Assembly: GCA_963702545.1 (NCBI GenBank)
Contig: CAVPDB010000009.1
Coordinates: 199,743-263,742, forward strand
From: an uncultured Acidobacteriota bacterium
GTDB taxonomy: Bacteria; Acidobacteriota; Polarisedimenticolia; J045
Direction: 5' to 3'
Length of the DNA: 64,000 nucleotides
Below the pieces are notes generated by a model. That model searched no databases. It was not told where the DNA came from and saw only the letters and a program-made list of their open reading frames with translations. Below, in pieces: positions 45,064 through 56,446 of the stretch (positions are counted from its first letter, which is position 1; every line of letters begins with the position of its first letter). Both the position numbers and the translations under genes were made by a program.

Positions 45064-45253
45064 GGCGAGTTCGTCTGGCGCCAGTATACCAACCCTGTTT
45101 TCAGACCGCTGTCCATCTAAAACCCACCAAAAATCTCCGCCAAATGGGTAGTTGCGCTTTTTGATTCGCTTTTATAATCAGCGAGTCTCGAAACGGTGCT
45201 TGCGCATTGCTGTACGGATGCGATGTGGGTGGTGTCCGAAAGCCGGGGGGAAG

Positions 45254-48200
45254 ATGACGACATTGCGTTTGGGAATCGATATCGGTTCCGTGACGGCCAA
45301 GGTGGTATGCTGGATGCAGAGAACCGCCATGTGTTCTCGGCGTACCGCCGGCATCGCGCCGAGACCCGCACCACGCTGTGTGCGATCCTGCAGGAGGCGA
45401 TGGCGGAACAGGGCGATGTTCCGGTGAGCCTGGCGATCACGGGCTCCGCCGGCATGGGCGTCAGCGAACGTTGCCAGATTCCGTTCGTCCAGGAAGTGAT
45501 CGCGTCGGCCGCGGTCGTGAAGGAGATTTATCCCGAGGCGCGCACGTTGATCGACATCGGCGGCGAGGACGCGAAGCTGATCTATTTCGATGCGGATGGC
45601 ATTCCCGATATGCGGATGAACGGCGCCTGTGCGGGCGGGACCGGCGCGTACATCGACGAGATGGCGACGCTGATGAATGTGCCCGTGACGGAATTGAGCA
45701 CGCTGGCGGATCAACACACCCAGGTGTACCCGATGGCTTCGCGCTGCGGTGTGTTTTGCCAAGACCGATGTCCAGAATATGCTGGCCCGCCAGATTCCAC
45801 GCCCCGACATTGTGGCGTCCATTCTCCATGCGGTCGTGCTTGCAGACCGTCACGACGCTTGCCGCGTGGGATCGAACTGGAGCCGAAACTGCTGTTTAGC
45901 GGCGGCCCGTTGACGTTCGTTCCGGCGTTGTGCAAGGCCTTCGTAACCGAACTGGGCCTGCAGCGGAGGATGTGCTTCAGGCGGACATATGGAGTTGATG
46001 CCGGCCACGGGCGCAGCCTTGCAGGCATCGGCCGGGCAGCGCGTCATGCGCTTGTCCGAACTGGTCACGTTGCTGCGCATCTCGCATGACCTATCTGTCG
46101 CGAGAATCGGCGGTTGGCCCCGCTGTTCGCCGATGAGGACGAGTGGCGGCGGTGGTCCGCCGCACGTGCAGCGCCACCGGATCGACCGTGTCGACATCCA
46201 GCACGTTGCCGGCGAGCCCTGTTTTCTCGGCATCGACTCCGGCTCCACGACCACCAAGATCGTCCTCGTCGACACGCAGGGGCGCCTGGTATTCGCGCAT
46301 TACGCGGGCAACAGTGGGAACGCCATTCAGGCGGCTCAAGATGGATTGGAGCAACTGCGCGCGTGACTTCGCAACCTGCCAGCAGCCCCCGGAGATCGCG
46401 CGCAGCACGGCGACCGGCTACGGCGAGGATTTGATCAGCACGGCCTTTGGGCTCGACGACGGCATCGTGGAGACGGTGGCCCATTTCCGGGGCGCCAAGG
46501 CCTTCGATCCCGGCAGTATCCTTCATCCTCGACATTGGCGGCCAGGACATGAAGGCGATTTTCGTGCGGGATGGCTACATCCATAATATCGCCCTGAACG
46601 AAGCGTGTTCGGCGGGCTGCGGCACATTCATTCAGACCCTCGCCGGTTCGCATGGGCTATCAGCGTGGCTGACTTTGCGCAGCAGGCTTGCGCCTCCAGC
46701 GCTCCCTGTGATCTGGGTTCACGGTGCACGGTCTTCATGAACTCCAAGATCAAGCAGTCGCTGAAGGAAGCAGCCGAAGTCAGCGACATTTCTGCCGGGC
46801 TGGCCTACTCGGTCATCAAGAACGCCCTCCACAAGGTGCTGCGCATCACCGATACTTCGACGCTGGGTGAGCACATCGTCGTCCAAGGCGGCACCTTCCG
46901 GAATCCGGCGGTGCAGCGTGCCCTGGAAGTACGTTGGGCAAGGAGGTGGTCTGCCCGGACATCGCCGAGTTGATGGGCGCCTACGGCGCCTCCCTCACGG
47001 CACGCGATGCGTGGCTGACCGAGACGTGCCGCGCCAGCCACTTCGTCGGGCTGGAGGAGTTGGCGGTGGCCAGCGACCTACGAGAAGAGCACAATTCAGT
47101 GCCGAGGCTGTGAAAACCGTTGCAGCGTCGCCAAACTGCGTTTTCCCAACGGCGGTGCATTCTTCACCGGGAATCGGTGCGAACGGATCTACAGCAACCA
47201 GGGTCAGCGCCATATGCATGGCACCAGCCTGACCGACGCCAAACTCGAGTTGCTCTTCGGGCGCAAAACCGAGCCGGTCGGGCCTACCAGCTTGACCCTA
47301 GGGATTCCCCGCGTGCTGAACATGTATCGGGATTTTCCGTTCTGGAACACGCTGTTTGTCGAATGCGGCATCAGGGTCCAGCTTTCCGATCCATCCAGCT
47401 CCGGGCTGTTTGGGCGTGGCGCCGGAACCATCATGTCGGAGAACATCTGTTTCCCTGCAAAGCTGGTTCACGGCCACATCCAGAATCTGATCGAGAAGAA
47501 GGTCGATCGCATCTTCTACCCGATGGTGTTTGCGGACGAAAAGGAGCATTGCAACGCGGCCAAATCGTACCAATGTCCGATCGTCACCGGCTATCCTGAC
47601 GTGATCGACAGCGCCATGAATCCACTCAAGAAGCATGGCATCCCGCTGGACAAGCCGACCGTCACCTTTCGCGACGAGAGACTGCTGCGCAAGGCGTGCG
47701 AGGAGTATCTGAAGGGCCTGGGGGTGGAGCGCAATCACGTTCGAGCGGGCGTTCGCGCATGCGCTGGCCGCCCAGGGCGAATACGAGGAATCTGTGCGTG
47801 GCGCCGGTGCGCAGCTCCTGGCGGATGCCCGGGCGACGGGCGGCTCGTCGTCTTGCTGCTCACCCGCCCCTATCACCTGGATCCCATGATCCATCACGGC
47901 GTGCCGCGTATCCTGGCCGATTTCGGCGTGGATGTCATCACCGAGGATGCGATTCCGACTGCGGGGCAGGAACTGGTCGACAACCGGCACGTCCCTGCAC
48001 AGTGGAGCAACATCAATCGGCTGTATCATGCGGCTCATTGGGCGGGTCAGCAGGATGACGTGGAGGTGTGCAGTTGAATTCCTTCGGTTGCGGGCCGGAT
48101 GCGTTTACGCTGGACGAGGTGAAGCAGCATTCTGGACTCGTATGGCAAGAGCCACACCGTCATCCGTATCGACGAAATCGAAAGCACCGGTTCCATCCGC

Positions 48201-49554
48201 CTGCGGCTGCGCTCGCTGATCGAGACGCTGCGCGCCAGCGAACGGCCGGTACCGGTGAGCAAACCGCGCCAGACCGTCCGCCCATTCCTTGCCGAGGATC
48301 GGCAAAGGACGATCCTGATCCCGCAATTCTCGCACTTCCAGGCGCCGGTCATCGTCGGGCCGCTGTTGAACATGGGCTATAACCTGGTGACTCTGCCACC
48401 GCCCGATCGGGAATCGGTGGAGATTGCACTGAAACATACGCAGAACGAAATCTGTTATCCGGGTATCATCATGATCGGCGACGTGATCAAGGCGCTGCAG
48501 TCCGGGCGCTACGATCTATCCCAGGTGGCCATCGGCAGTTGGCAGACCGGGGGGCAGTGCCGCGCCACCAGCATGCTCTCGCTGCTCAGGAAGGCGATGG
48601 TCATCGCCGGCTTTCAGGACATCCCCATCGTGGCGCTCACGACGAACGGCCAGTTGCACGAGCAGCCGGGCAATAACTTGAACTGGCTGGAGTTCTTGCC
48701 GAAGGCCTTGATGGCGTGCATCTATGCGGACGCCATTTCGACCATGTACTATGCCACCGCCATCCGCGAGGTGCGGCGCGGGGAGACGCAAGAACTGGCC
48801 GAGGCGCTGCTCGCCCCATTGAACCGGGGCGTCATGCCGCTCGAGCGGGAGGCGGTGTTGGAGAAACTGGCCGCAGCCGTGGCGCAATTCAACGCCATCC
48901 CGACGCACGATCGTTCGTTTCCCAAGGTCGGCATCGTGGGCGAGATCTACGTCAAATACAACGCTTTCTCCAACAACCATACCGCCGACTGGCTGATGGA
49001 GCAGGGTCTCGAAGTAGTCATGCCGGACTTCCTGACGTTCTTCCTCTCTTGGTTCGTGAGCAGCGACGTGCGCGTGCAGGAGAATCTGCAGCGGCGGAAC
49101 GTCACGTGGTTAGTGCATCGCGCTCTGGAATGGGGCATCCAGAAGGTATTGAACCAGGCCCAGGCTGTGATGCGTAACTTCAAATATCACCGGCCCGGTC
49201 ACAGTGCACGTGAACTTGCCCGATAAGGCCGAGGAGACGATCAGCCTGACGCACGCCTATGGTGAAGGCTGGCTCATCGCGGGGGAGGTCGGCGCCATGG
49301 CCGAACAGGGCATCAACAACGTAGTCTGCCTGTCGCCATTTGGCTGTATCGCCAACCAGATCGTGGCGCGTGGCGTGGCAAAGCGGATGAAGGACAAGTA
49401 TCGCGGCCTCAACATGCTGTTCTTGGACGTTGACGCGGGCTTGAGTGAAGTCAACTATTTCAACCGGCTGCATTTCTTCGCCAGTCAGGCGAAAGATGCC
49501 GCTGCGGTCGTATCTGTCGGCGACGGGCACCTGGATCTCATGGGCGCGGATTGA
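45254..49554 (+). pseudogene. Large acyl-CoA dehydratase activase-type fusion protein (2 BcrAD/BadFG ATPase domains + DUF2229 + HgdB/D-like domain), ~1,430 aa, at least 8 frame breaks
   Basis: MTTLRLGIDIGSVTAKVV, IDIGGEDAKLIYF, NGACAGGTGAYIDEMA; second ATPase [43 protein letters not shown]-terminal SPFGCIANQIVARG...FLDVDAG. Stitched from ORFs 45152, 45196, 45989, 46143, 46447, 46605, 46867, 47214, 48255 and 49204. Confidence 0.8.
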
Positions 49555-49606
49555 ACGACGGCGGTCCGCATTGACCCGGATGGCCGTCGCGGCTACAATC
49601 AGCCGC

Positions 49607-52332
49607 ATGGGCAGGGCGGCGATATTCACCACCAGCGATCCGAGGCAGGCGCCGCTGCTTGCGACCAAGCTGTTCGTCCCGCGCCTGCGCCAGAATCTGG
49701 TGCTGCGCCCTCGATTGACCTCTCAGCCTGAACGAAGCCCTCGCTGCCCCCCTCACCCTGATATCGGCGCCGGCCGGCTTCGGCAAGACGACGCTCGTCA
49801 GCACGTGGGTGCGTGGGCTCCAGCCGCCTGCGGCCTGGCTCTCCCTCGACGAGGCCGACAACGACCCCACGCGCTTCCTGCGCTACCTGATTGCCGCCCT
49901 GCAGCAGATCGACGGCACGGTTGGGCAATCCGTGTCCGCCGCGCTCGAAACATCTGTCCCGCCGCCGCCCGTCGCCGTTGTCGCCGCGCTCGTCAACGAC
50001 CTGCATGCTCGTGCCGCGCTGACTTCGTGCTCGTGCTCGACGACTGCCAGGTGCTGGACGACGCCGCCGTCCACGAGGCCATCCGCACGCTGGTCGCGCA
50101 TCAACCGCCGCAGATGCATCTCGTCCTCGCCACCCGCGAAGACCCGCAGCTTCCGTTGGCCCGGCTGCGAGCCCGCGGCCAACTTCTCGAATTGCGCGCT
50201 CACGACCTGCGTTTCACCGCGCAGGAATCGGCCAGCTTCCTCGCCGACGTCATGGGGCTGGACCTGTCCCCCGCGGCCGTCGCGGCGTTGGACGCCCAGA
50301 TCGAAGGCTGGATTGCCGGCCTGCAGTTGGCGGCGCTCTCCCTGCAGGGCCGCCCGGAGCCGGACCAGCTCATCGCGGAGCTCTCCGGGAGCCATCACTT
50401 CATCCTCCGCTATCTCACCGAGGAAGTGCTGCGCCAGGTGCCGCCCGACATTCAGTCGTTCTTGCTGGAAACTGTCCGTGCTCGGCCGGTTGAGCGGCCC
50501 GCTGTGTGACGCAATCACAGGGCGCACGGACAGCGACGCACTCCTGGAAGCCCTGTACGCCTCCAACGTCTTCGTGGTCCCCCTCGACGAAGAGCACCGC
50601 TGGTACCGCTATCATCATCTGTTCGCCGATCTGCTGCGCAGCCAGTTGCAGCGCACGCGCCCGCAGGACACACCCGAGCTGCACGTGCGCGCCAGCGCCT
50701 GGTACGAACGGCAGGGTAGAGCGGAAGAGGCCATCGAGCACACGCTGGCGGCCGGCGACTTTCCACGCGCCGTCCGCCTGCTGGAGACCCACGCCCGCAG
50801 CGTCGTGTTGCAGGGGTTCGCACAGACGATGGAGACCTGGCTGCGGCGCCTGCCCGAAGCGTGGCGGGTGACCGGGCCCCGTGCCTGCCTTGCCTTCGCC
50901 TGGTCGCTGCTGCTGCGGGGCCAATTGCACGAGATCGAACCCTACCTGAGCATCGCCGAGGATGCCGCCGGCCACCCTGACCGTGCCGCCCCTGGCGACT
51001 CCGTATCGGCCGAGAGCCTGGCCCTGCGCGCGGCGCTCGTTTCGCTGCGGGGGGAAACGGAGCGTGGGTGCGAGCTGGCCGCCTCTGCGGTGGCGTTGGC
51101 TGCGGACGGCGATCTCTATGTGCGGGGCATGACCCGTTTTGCCCTGGGCACGGCCCTCAACTACGCCGGCCGCGTCGACGAAGCCATCGCAACCTACCTG
51201 GAGGCGCTCCCGCTCTGCCGGGCCGCGGGCAACGAGGTGGCTTCCATGCTCATCGTGTCCAACCTGGTGGTGCTGTACATTGCGCACGGGAAATTGCGGG
51301 CCGCGGCAGAGCTCTGCCAGCAGGTCATCGCCGCGGCGGACCGGGCGGGCGGCCTGCGTTCCCCCGCATTGGCGTCGGTTGCCGGTGGCTACGGCGAGGT
51401 GCTGTACGCCCGTGGGGAACTGGAGGCGGCGCAGCGCCAGGCGGAGGCTTCGCTGGAGCTGGCCCAGCGCGGGGGACACGTGGCCGCCGTGGCCTACATT
51501 CGGGTCGTGCTCTCCCGCATCCTGCAGGCACGCGGCGATCTGGGCGGCGCGGCGGCGATCCTCCAGCCCGCCGTCGAGCTGCGCGAGCGCGGGATGCCGG
51601 CGTGGGTGGCGCCGCAGGTCGTGGCCCAGCAGGTAGTGTTGGCGTTAGCGCGCGATGACGGCGGTGCGGCGGCGGCGCTGCTGGCGCAGGCTGGCATCGG
51701 CGGTGACTCTCCACTCCACCACACCCGCGAGGTGCTCTTCACGGCCTGCCTGCGGTGGTACTTGTGGCAAGGGCGGGAGCGGGCGCAGGACCGCTCGTTC
51801 GACTGAGGCGCTGCTCGTGGCAGATCGAGTACTGGCTGCGGCAGAGCCCGCCGGCCGCCGCGGCCGTGTGCTGGAGACGCTCGTGCTGCGGGCGCTCGTT
51901 CATCATGCACAGGGGGACGTCGCTGCCGCACTGGACGATATCCAGCGGGCGCTGCTCCTGGGCGAACCGGAAGGGTACGTGCAGGTATTCGTCAACGAGG
52001 GCGCGGCGTTGGCGCCGCTGTTGCGAGCCGCCCACACACGGGGCACGGCGCCGGCCTTCGTCGCCAGGCTGCTGGCGGCACTGCCACCCGGAGAAGCTGC
52101 CTTCGCCGCCTCTGCGGCGCTGCCGGAGCCGTTGACCGAGCGCGAGCTGGAGGTGTTGCGCCTCATGGCCGAAGGCCTCACCTACGACGAGGTGGCGCAG
52201 CGGCTTGTCGTGAGCCTGAACACGGTGCGCTTTCACGTGAAGGGCATCTACGGCAAGCTGGGGGTGGACAGGCGCATGGCAGCCATCGAGCGGGCGACGG
52301 CGCTGGGGCTGCTACAAGGCCCTCCGTCCTGA
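49607..52332 (+). pseudogene. MalT-like STAND transcriptional regulator (AAA ATPase + TPR-like + LuxR HTH), about 5 frame breaks
   Basis: ATG at 49607. APLLATKLFVPR, Walker A APAGFGKTTL, LVLDDCQ, GWIAGLQLAALSL; C-terminal LTERELEVLRLMAEGLTYDEVAQRLVVSLNTVRFHVKGIYGKLGV. Confidence 0.85.
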
Positions 52333-52365
52333 GCTTCTTGGCAGAATTCAATTTGTGCACTAAAA

Positions 52366-52387
52366 TGTGGCTACAATTGTGGCTACA
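52366..52387 (+). promoter_or_regulatory. Tandem direct repeat TGTGGCTACA-at-TGTGGCTACA upstream of phd (candidate operator)
   Basis: Two exact 10-mers at 52366-52375 and 52378-52387, 18 nt upstream of the ATG. The first overlaps a TACAAT -10-like hexamer (52372-77). Confidence 0.4.
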
Positions 52388-52404
52388 TTTCTCAGGAGTC
52401 AACT

Positions 52405-52620
52405 ATGCCGCAGATTGGCATCCGCCAACTCAAGAACGATGCTTCCGAGATTATCCGCGCGGTGCGCGACGACAAAGTGGAATACGTCGTGACTCACCAC
52501 GGTCGACCGGTTGCGGTGATCCGCCCGGTGGAGGCGCCCGCGGAAGACGTCGAGGAGATCCTCGCCCTGGCCACATCCGTGTACGCTGGGCTCGATGCGG
52601 AGGAGAACGACACTTTGGCG
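52405..52620 (+). CDS. Phd/YefM-family antitoxin; 3' end uncertain (no stop in frame, probable indel)
   Basis: AGGAG RBS. MPQIGIRQLKNDASEIIRAVRDDKVEYVVTHHGRPVAVIRPV is a canonical Phd/YefM N-terminal domain. Confidence 0.7.
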
Positions 52621-52939
52621 GATTACGATCAGAGACCGCGAATCCGTCCGGTCCCGGCAGGCATTTCTTCTGGGGAAATGTCTCCCGGTAGTGCGTCAGC
52701 GCCAGGCCTTCGATCGCCTGTGTGCGGCGAGCGAACTGCTTCCGCTCACCGACGAAGTGGCGCGGCAAGCGGCCGAGATCTATGCCGATCTACATGTCCG
52801 TGGCGCACTTATCGGAGACGCGGATATCCTTATCGGGGCATCGGCGCTCGTGTACGACTATGCAGTCGTGACGAACAACGAAGCCCATTTCAAGCGCATA
52901 TCGGCACTCCGCGTCGAGAATTGGCTGCGCGCCGACTGA
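52595..52939 (+). CDS. vapC: PIN-domain toxin (VapC-like); N-terminus uncertain
   Basis: LPLTDEVARQAAEIYADLHVRGALIGDADILIGASALVYDYAVVTNNEAHFKRISALRVENW matches the C-terminal two-thirds of VapC/MvpA-type PIN toxins. The N-terminal LDT acidic motif cannot be found in any single frame. Confidence 0.7.
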   Translation: MRRRTTLWRITIRDRESVRSRQAFLLGKCLPVVRQRQAFDRLCAASELLPLTDEVARQAAEIYADLHVRGALIGDADILIGASALVYDYAVVTNNEAHFKRISALRVENWLRAD

Positions 52940-53161
52940 GGAGTGGGTCGTAGCCGCACCCCGCGGCGCCTCCACAGCATTGCATCCGGAAGCCCACATC
53001 TTTTTCTCCCCACGACTACATCACCATGTGGTTTCTTTGCCCGCGTCTTTCGTTATCCTGGGTTCCGAAGTGTTCAGCCGCCACCGGACCAGGAGCATAT
53101 CTCGTAGGGTGGTGTGGCTTGCAGTGGAACGGGTGGAGAAGTAACGAAGGCAAGATGGCAA

Positions 53162-53205
53162 TAGACACAAAGACACCAAGGGTCGAAGTTTCACGAAGAG
53201 AAAGG
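53162..53205 (+). repeat. Purine-rich ~45-nt leader motif, copy 1 (TAGACACAAAGACACCAAGGGTCGAAGTTTCACGAAGAGAAAGG)
   Basis: Ends 6 nt before the flavodoxin-like ATG. About 85% identical by eye to the two copies at 56309-56443 (opposite strand). Confidence 0.75.
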
Positions 53206-53211
53206 CAACCA

Positions 53212-53865
53212 ATGGACAAGACGACGTACATCAACCGGCGGCGTTTCCTGATGATGGCAGGCGGCACGTTGGGCGCCGGCGTGCTTCTGTGCAGCGGCGT
53301 GACCTACGTGGGCAGCCAGGCGCCGGCCGTCGATTTTATTCGTTCGAGTTGTGGCAAGGGGGACAAGATGAAGAAAGTTCTGGTGGCGTATGCCAGCAAA
53401 TATGGGTCGACCGGCGAAGTTGCCCAGGCGATCGCGGATCAACTGTGTCTGCGTGGCGCGGCCGCCGACGTGCGGCGGGTCGAAGAGGTGACGGACGCCA
53501 CCGGCTACGACGCAGTGGTCGTCGGGAGCGCCGTGCGCATGGCACGCTGGCTGCCGCCGGCAGTGGAGTTCGTCGAGAGGAATGCTGCCGCGCTGCAGAA
53601 GGCGCCTACGGCATTCTTCACCGTGCACATGCTGGCGACGGACGACAGCGAGGCCAGCCGCCAGCAGCGCGCCGCCTACGTGGAGCCGGTGCACGCCTTC
53701 CTCACGCCGCAGCACGAGGCCTTTTTCGTCGGCGAGATCGATACCGGCAAACTTGCGCTGGGCGACCGGCTGATGGTGAAGCTGGTGCGCTCGCAGACGG
53801 GGGATTGCCGCGACTGGCCCAGCATTCGGTCTTGGGCGGACCAGTTGTTTCCCGATGTCGTCTGA
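53212..53865 (+). CDS. Flavodoxin-domain protein with twin-arginine signal
   Basis: MDKTTYINRRRFLMMAGGTLGAG is Tat-like. KVLVAYASKYGSTGEVAQAIA is the flavodoxin FMN-loop pattern. Confidence 0.75.
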   Translation: MDKTTYINRRRFLMMAGGTLGAGVLLCSGVTYVGSQAPAVDFIRSSCGKGDKMKKVLVAYASKYGSTGEVAQAIADQLCLRGAAADVRRVEEVTDATGYDAVVVGSAVRMARWLPPAVEFVERNAAALQKAPTAFFTVHMLATDDSEASRQQRAAYVEPVHAFLTPQHEAFFVGEIDTGKLALGDRLMVKLVRSQTGDCRDWPSIRSWADQLFPDVV

Positions 53866-54045
53866 GCAGTCGGGTGGATAGGGGTTTTTTTGCCACCTGG
53901 AGCGTCCCCGTCACGGTCTGTTCGTTGGCGAGTTGTCTCGGCGGACGTGCCGGGGACGGGGACTGGACCCTGCGGCGTCCCCGGCACATCAGATTGCCGG
54001 CGAGGAAAACCAGGCCGGCGTGCTCGGGGAACGTTCGACCGCATG

Positions 54046-54477
54046 CTACACGGATTCGCTTGCCGCCCAGTCCGCGACTTTGCTCCGAATCGCGTCACGA
54101 ATCACGCGGACCTGGGCAAGCTTCTCTTCGTCTGTGCCCTGGACCTGCGACGGATCGGGGAATGACCAGTGCAGGCGCTGGCTGACGCCGGGAAAGACAG
54201 GACAGCGCTCGGCAGCCGTCTCATCGCAGACGGTGATCACGTAGTCGTAGAGCTTGCCGGCGCGATAGAGGTCGAAGACGCTCTTCGTCTCTTTCTGCGA
54301 GATATCGATTCCTTCCTCTGCCATCACCTGCACGGCCAACGGGTTCAGGACGCCCGGCTCCAGGCCCGCGCTGGACGCCTCGAAGTGGTCGCCTGCCAGC
54401 GCGTTGAGCCACGCTTCGGCCATCTGGCTGCGGGCGCTGTTGTGGACACAGACGAACAATGCCTTTGTCTTGCTCAT
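54046..54477 (-). CDS. arsC: Arsenate reductase, LMW-PTPase (thioredoxin-coupled) type
   Basis: [17 protein letters not shown] carries the CX5R(S) P-loop. The downstream Cys pair context [14 protein letters not shown] is typical of this ArsC class. Confidence 0.9.
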   Translation of the reverse strand: MSKTKALFVCVHNSARSQMAEAWLNALAGDHFEASSAGLEPGVLNPLAVQVMAEEGIDISQKETKSVFDLYRAGKLYDYVITVCDETAAERCPVFPGVSQRLHWSFPDPSQVQGTDEEKLAQVRVIRDAIRSKVADWAASESV

Positions 54478-54543
54478 GTGCTCGGTCTCCTGTGGGTGAA
54501 AGACAGTTCAGCTCTTTGCGCTTGTTGCGGGGCGTTTGGCTGC

Positions 54544-54662
54544 GTCCCCGGTTTGCGGCGAGGGCGTCAGCATTCCGGGAATCGACGACGAGGATCTCGG
54601 CCGACCCCACGATCTTGCGGTCGATTCCCGGAATGCTGACGCCCTCGCCGCAAACCGGGGAC
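54544..54662. repeat. 43-bp perfect inverted repeat with 33-nt spacer between ACR3 and arsC
   Basis: GTCCCCGGTTTGCGGCGAGGGCGTCAGCATTCCGGGAATCGAC (54544-54586) is the exact reverse complement of 54620-54662. Confidence 0.9.
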
Positions 54663-54689
54663 ATACCCGGTCGTAACGACCAGTGATTG

Positions 54690-55842
<1,153 letters not shown>

Positions 55843-55902
55843 CTAAGTTCTCCTTGGTGCACCAAATGGTCTGTCAATCCTGGGTCGTTGGTTCGGGTAT
55901 TC

Positions 55903-55971
55903 GTCCTCCGGGAGGTGGCTTGCGGGAGGCGGGGGACGCCCCCGCCTCCCGCAAGCCACCTCCCGGAGGAC
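55903..55971. repeat. 33-bp perfect inverted repeat, 3-nt loop, between the thioredoxin-like gene and ACR3
   Basis: GTCCTCCGGGAGGTGGCTTGCGGGAGGCGGGGG-acg-CCCCCGCCTCCCGCAAGCCACCTCCCGGAGGAC. Confidence 0.9.
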
Positions 55972-56024
55972 CAGCCCCCGTACTACCCTGGTCTGAAAGG
56001 CTCAGGAACGGCCATGGAAAGACC

Positions 56025-56270
56025 CTACGCCGGCTGCGCGCGGCGGATCATCTCGATGACCTGGCTCTTGGCCGGCACCTTGCCGGTGCTGACCACCTTC
56101 TCGTCGATCACGATGGCCGGCGTGCTCATGACGCCGTAGGCCATGATGGCAGGAATATCCTGCACCTCGACGACCTGGGCGTCGAGCCCCAGCTCCTTGA
56201 TCGCTTCCGCGACGACGGCCTTGGTCTTCTTGCAGTTGTTACACCCCGTCCCCAACACCTTGATTTCCAT
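56025..56270 (-). CDS. Thioredoxin-fold redox-active disulfide protein (81 aa)
   Basis: GGGGAGAG RBS. MEIKVLGTGCNNCKK has a CxxC, and YGVMSTPAIVIDEKVV is the cis-Pro region. This family is commonly found next to COG0701 permeases. Confidence 0.85.
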   Translation of the reverse strand: MEIKVLGTGCNNCKKTKAVVAEAIKELGLDAQVVEVQDIPAIMAYGVMSTPAIVIDEKVVSTGKVPAKSQVIEMIRRAQPA

Positions 56271-56308
56271 TTCTCTCCCCGATCCTTCCTTTTTGTCTTT
56301 CCTTCTTG

Positions 56309-56443
56309 TCTTTCTTCGTGAACCTTCGTCGCTTTGTGTCTTCGTGTCTACTCGGGTCCGTGTCACGACTGCGAACAGAAGGGCGATTCTCTTCCCATCT
56401 TTCTTCGTGAACCTTCGTCCCTTTGTGTCTTCGTGTCTACTCG
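56309..56443 (-). repeat. Purine-rich ~46-nt leader motif, copies 2 and 3 (direct repeat, 89-bp period, 1 mismatch)
   Basis: The minus strand reads CGAGTAGACACGAAGACACAAAG(G/C)GACGAAGGTTCACGAAGAAAGA at 56398-56443 and 56309-56354. It fills the permease/thioredoxin intergenic region. Confidence 0.85.
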
Positions 56444-56446
56444 ATC

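Noticed and set aside
45100-45254. A sigma-70 promoter call in the hypA/activase divergent region (TATAAT at 45173-45178)
   Set aside because: No -35-like hexamer lies at 16-18 nt spacing (TTGCGC is 15 nt away, TTGATT 6 nt). That is too weak to report as a feature.
54544-54662. The 119-bp palindromic element as a MITE or IS remnant
   Set aside because: I see no target-site duplication at the arm ends. There is no transposase anywhere in the window and no second copy here. It is kept as a finding, but not called a mobile element.
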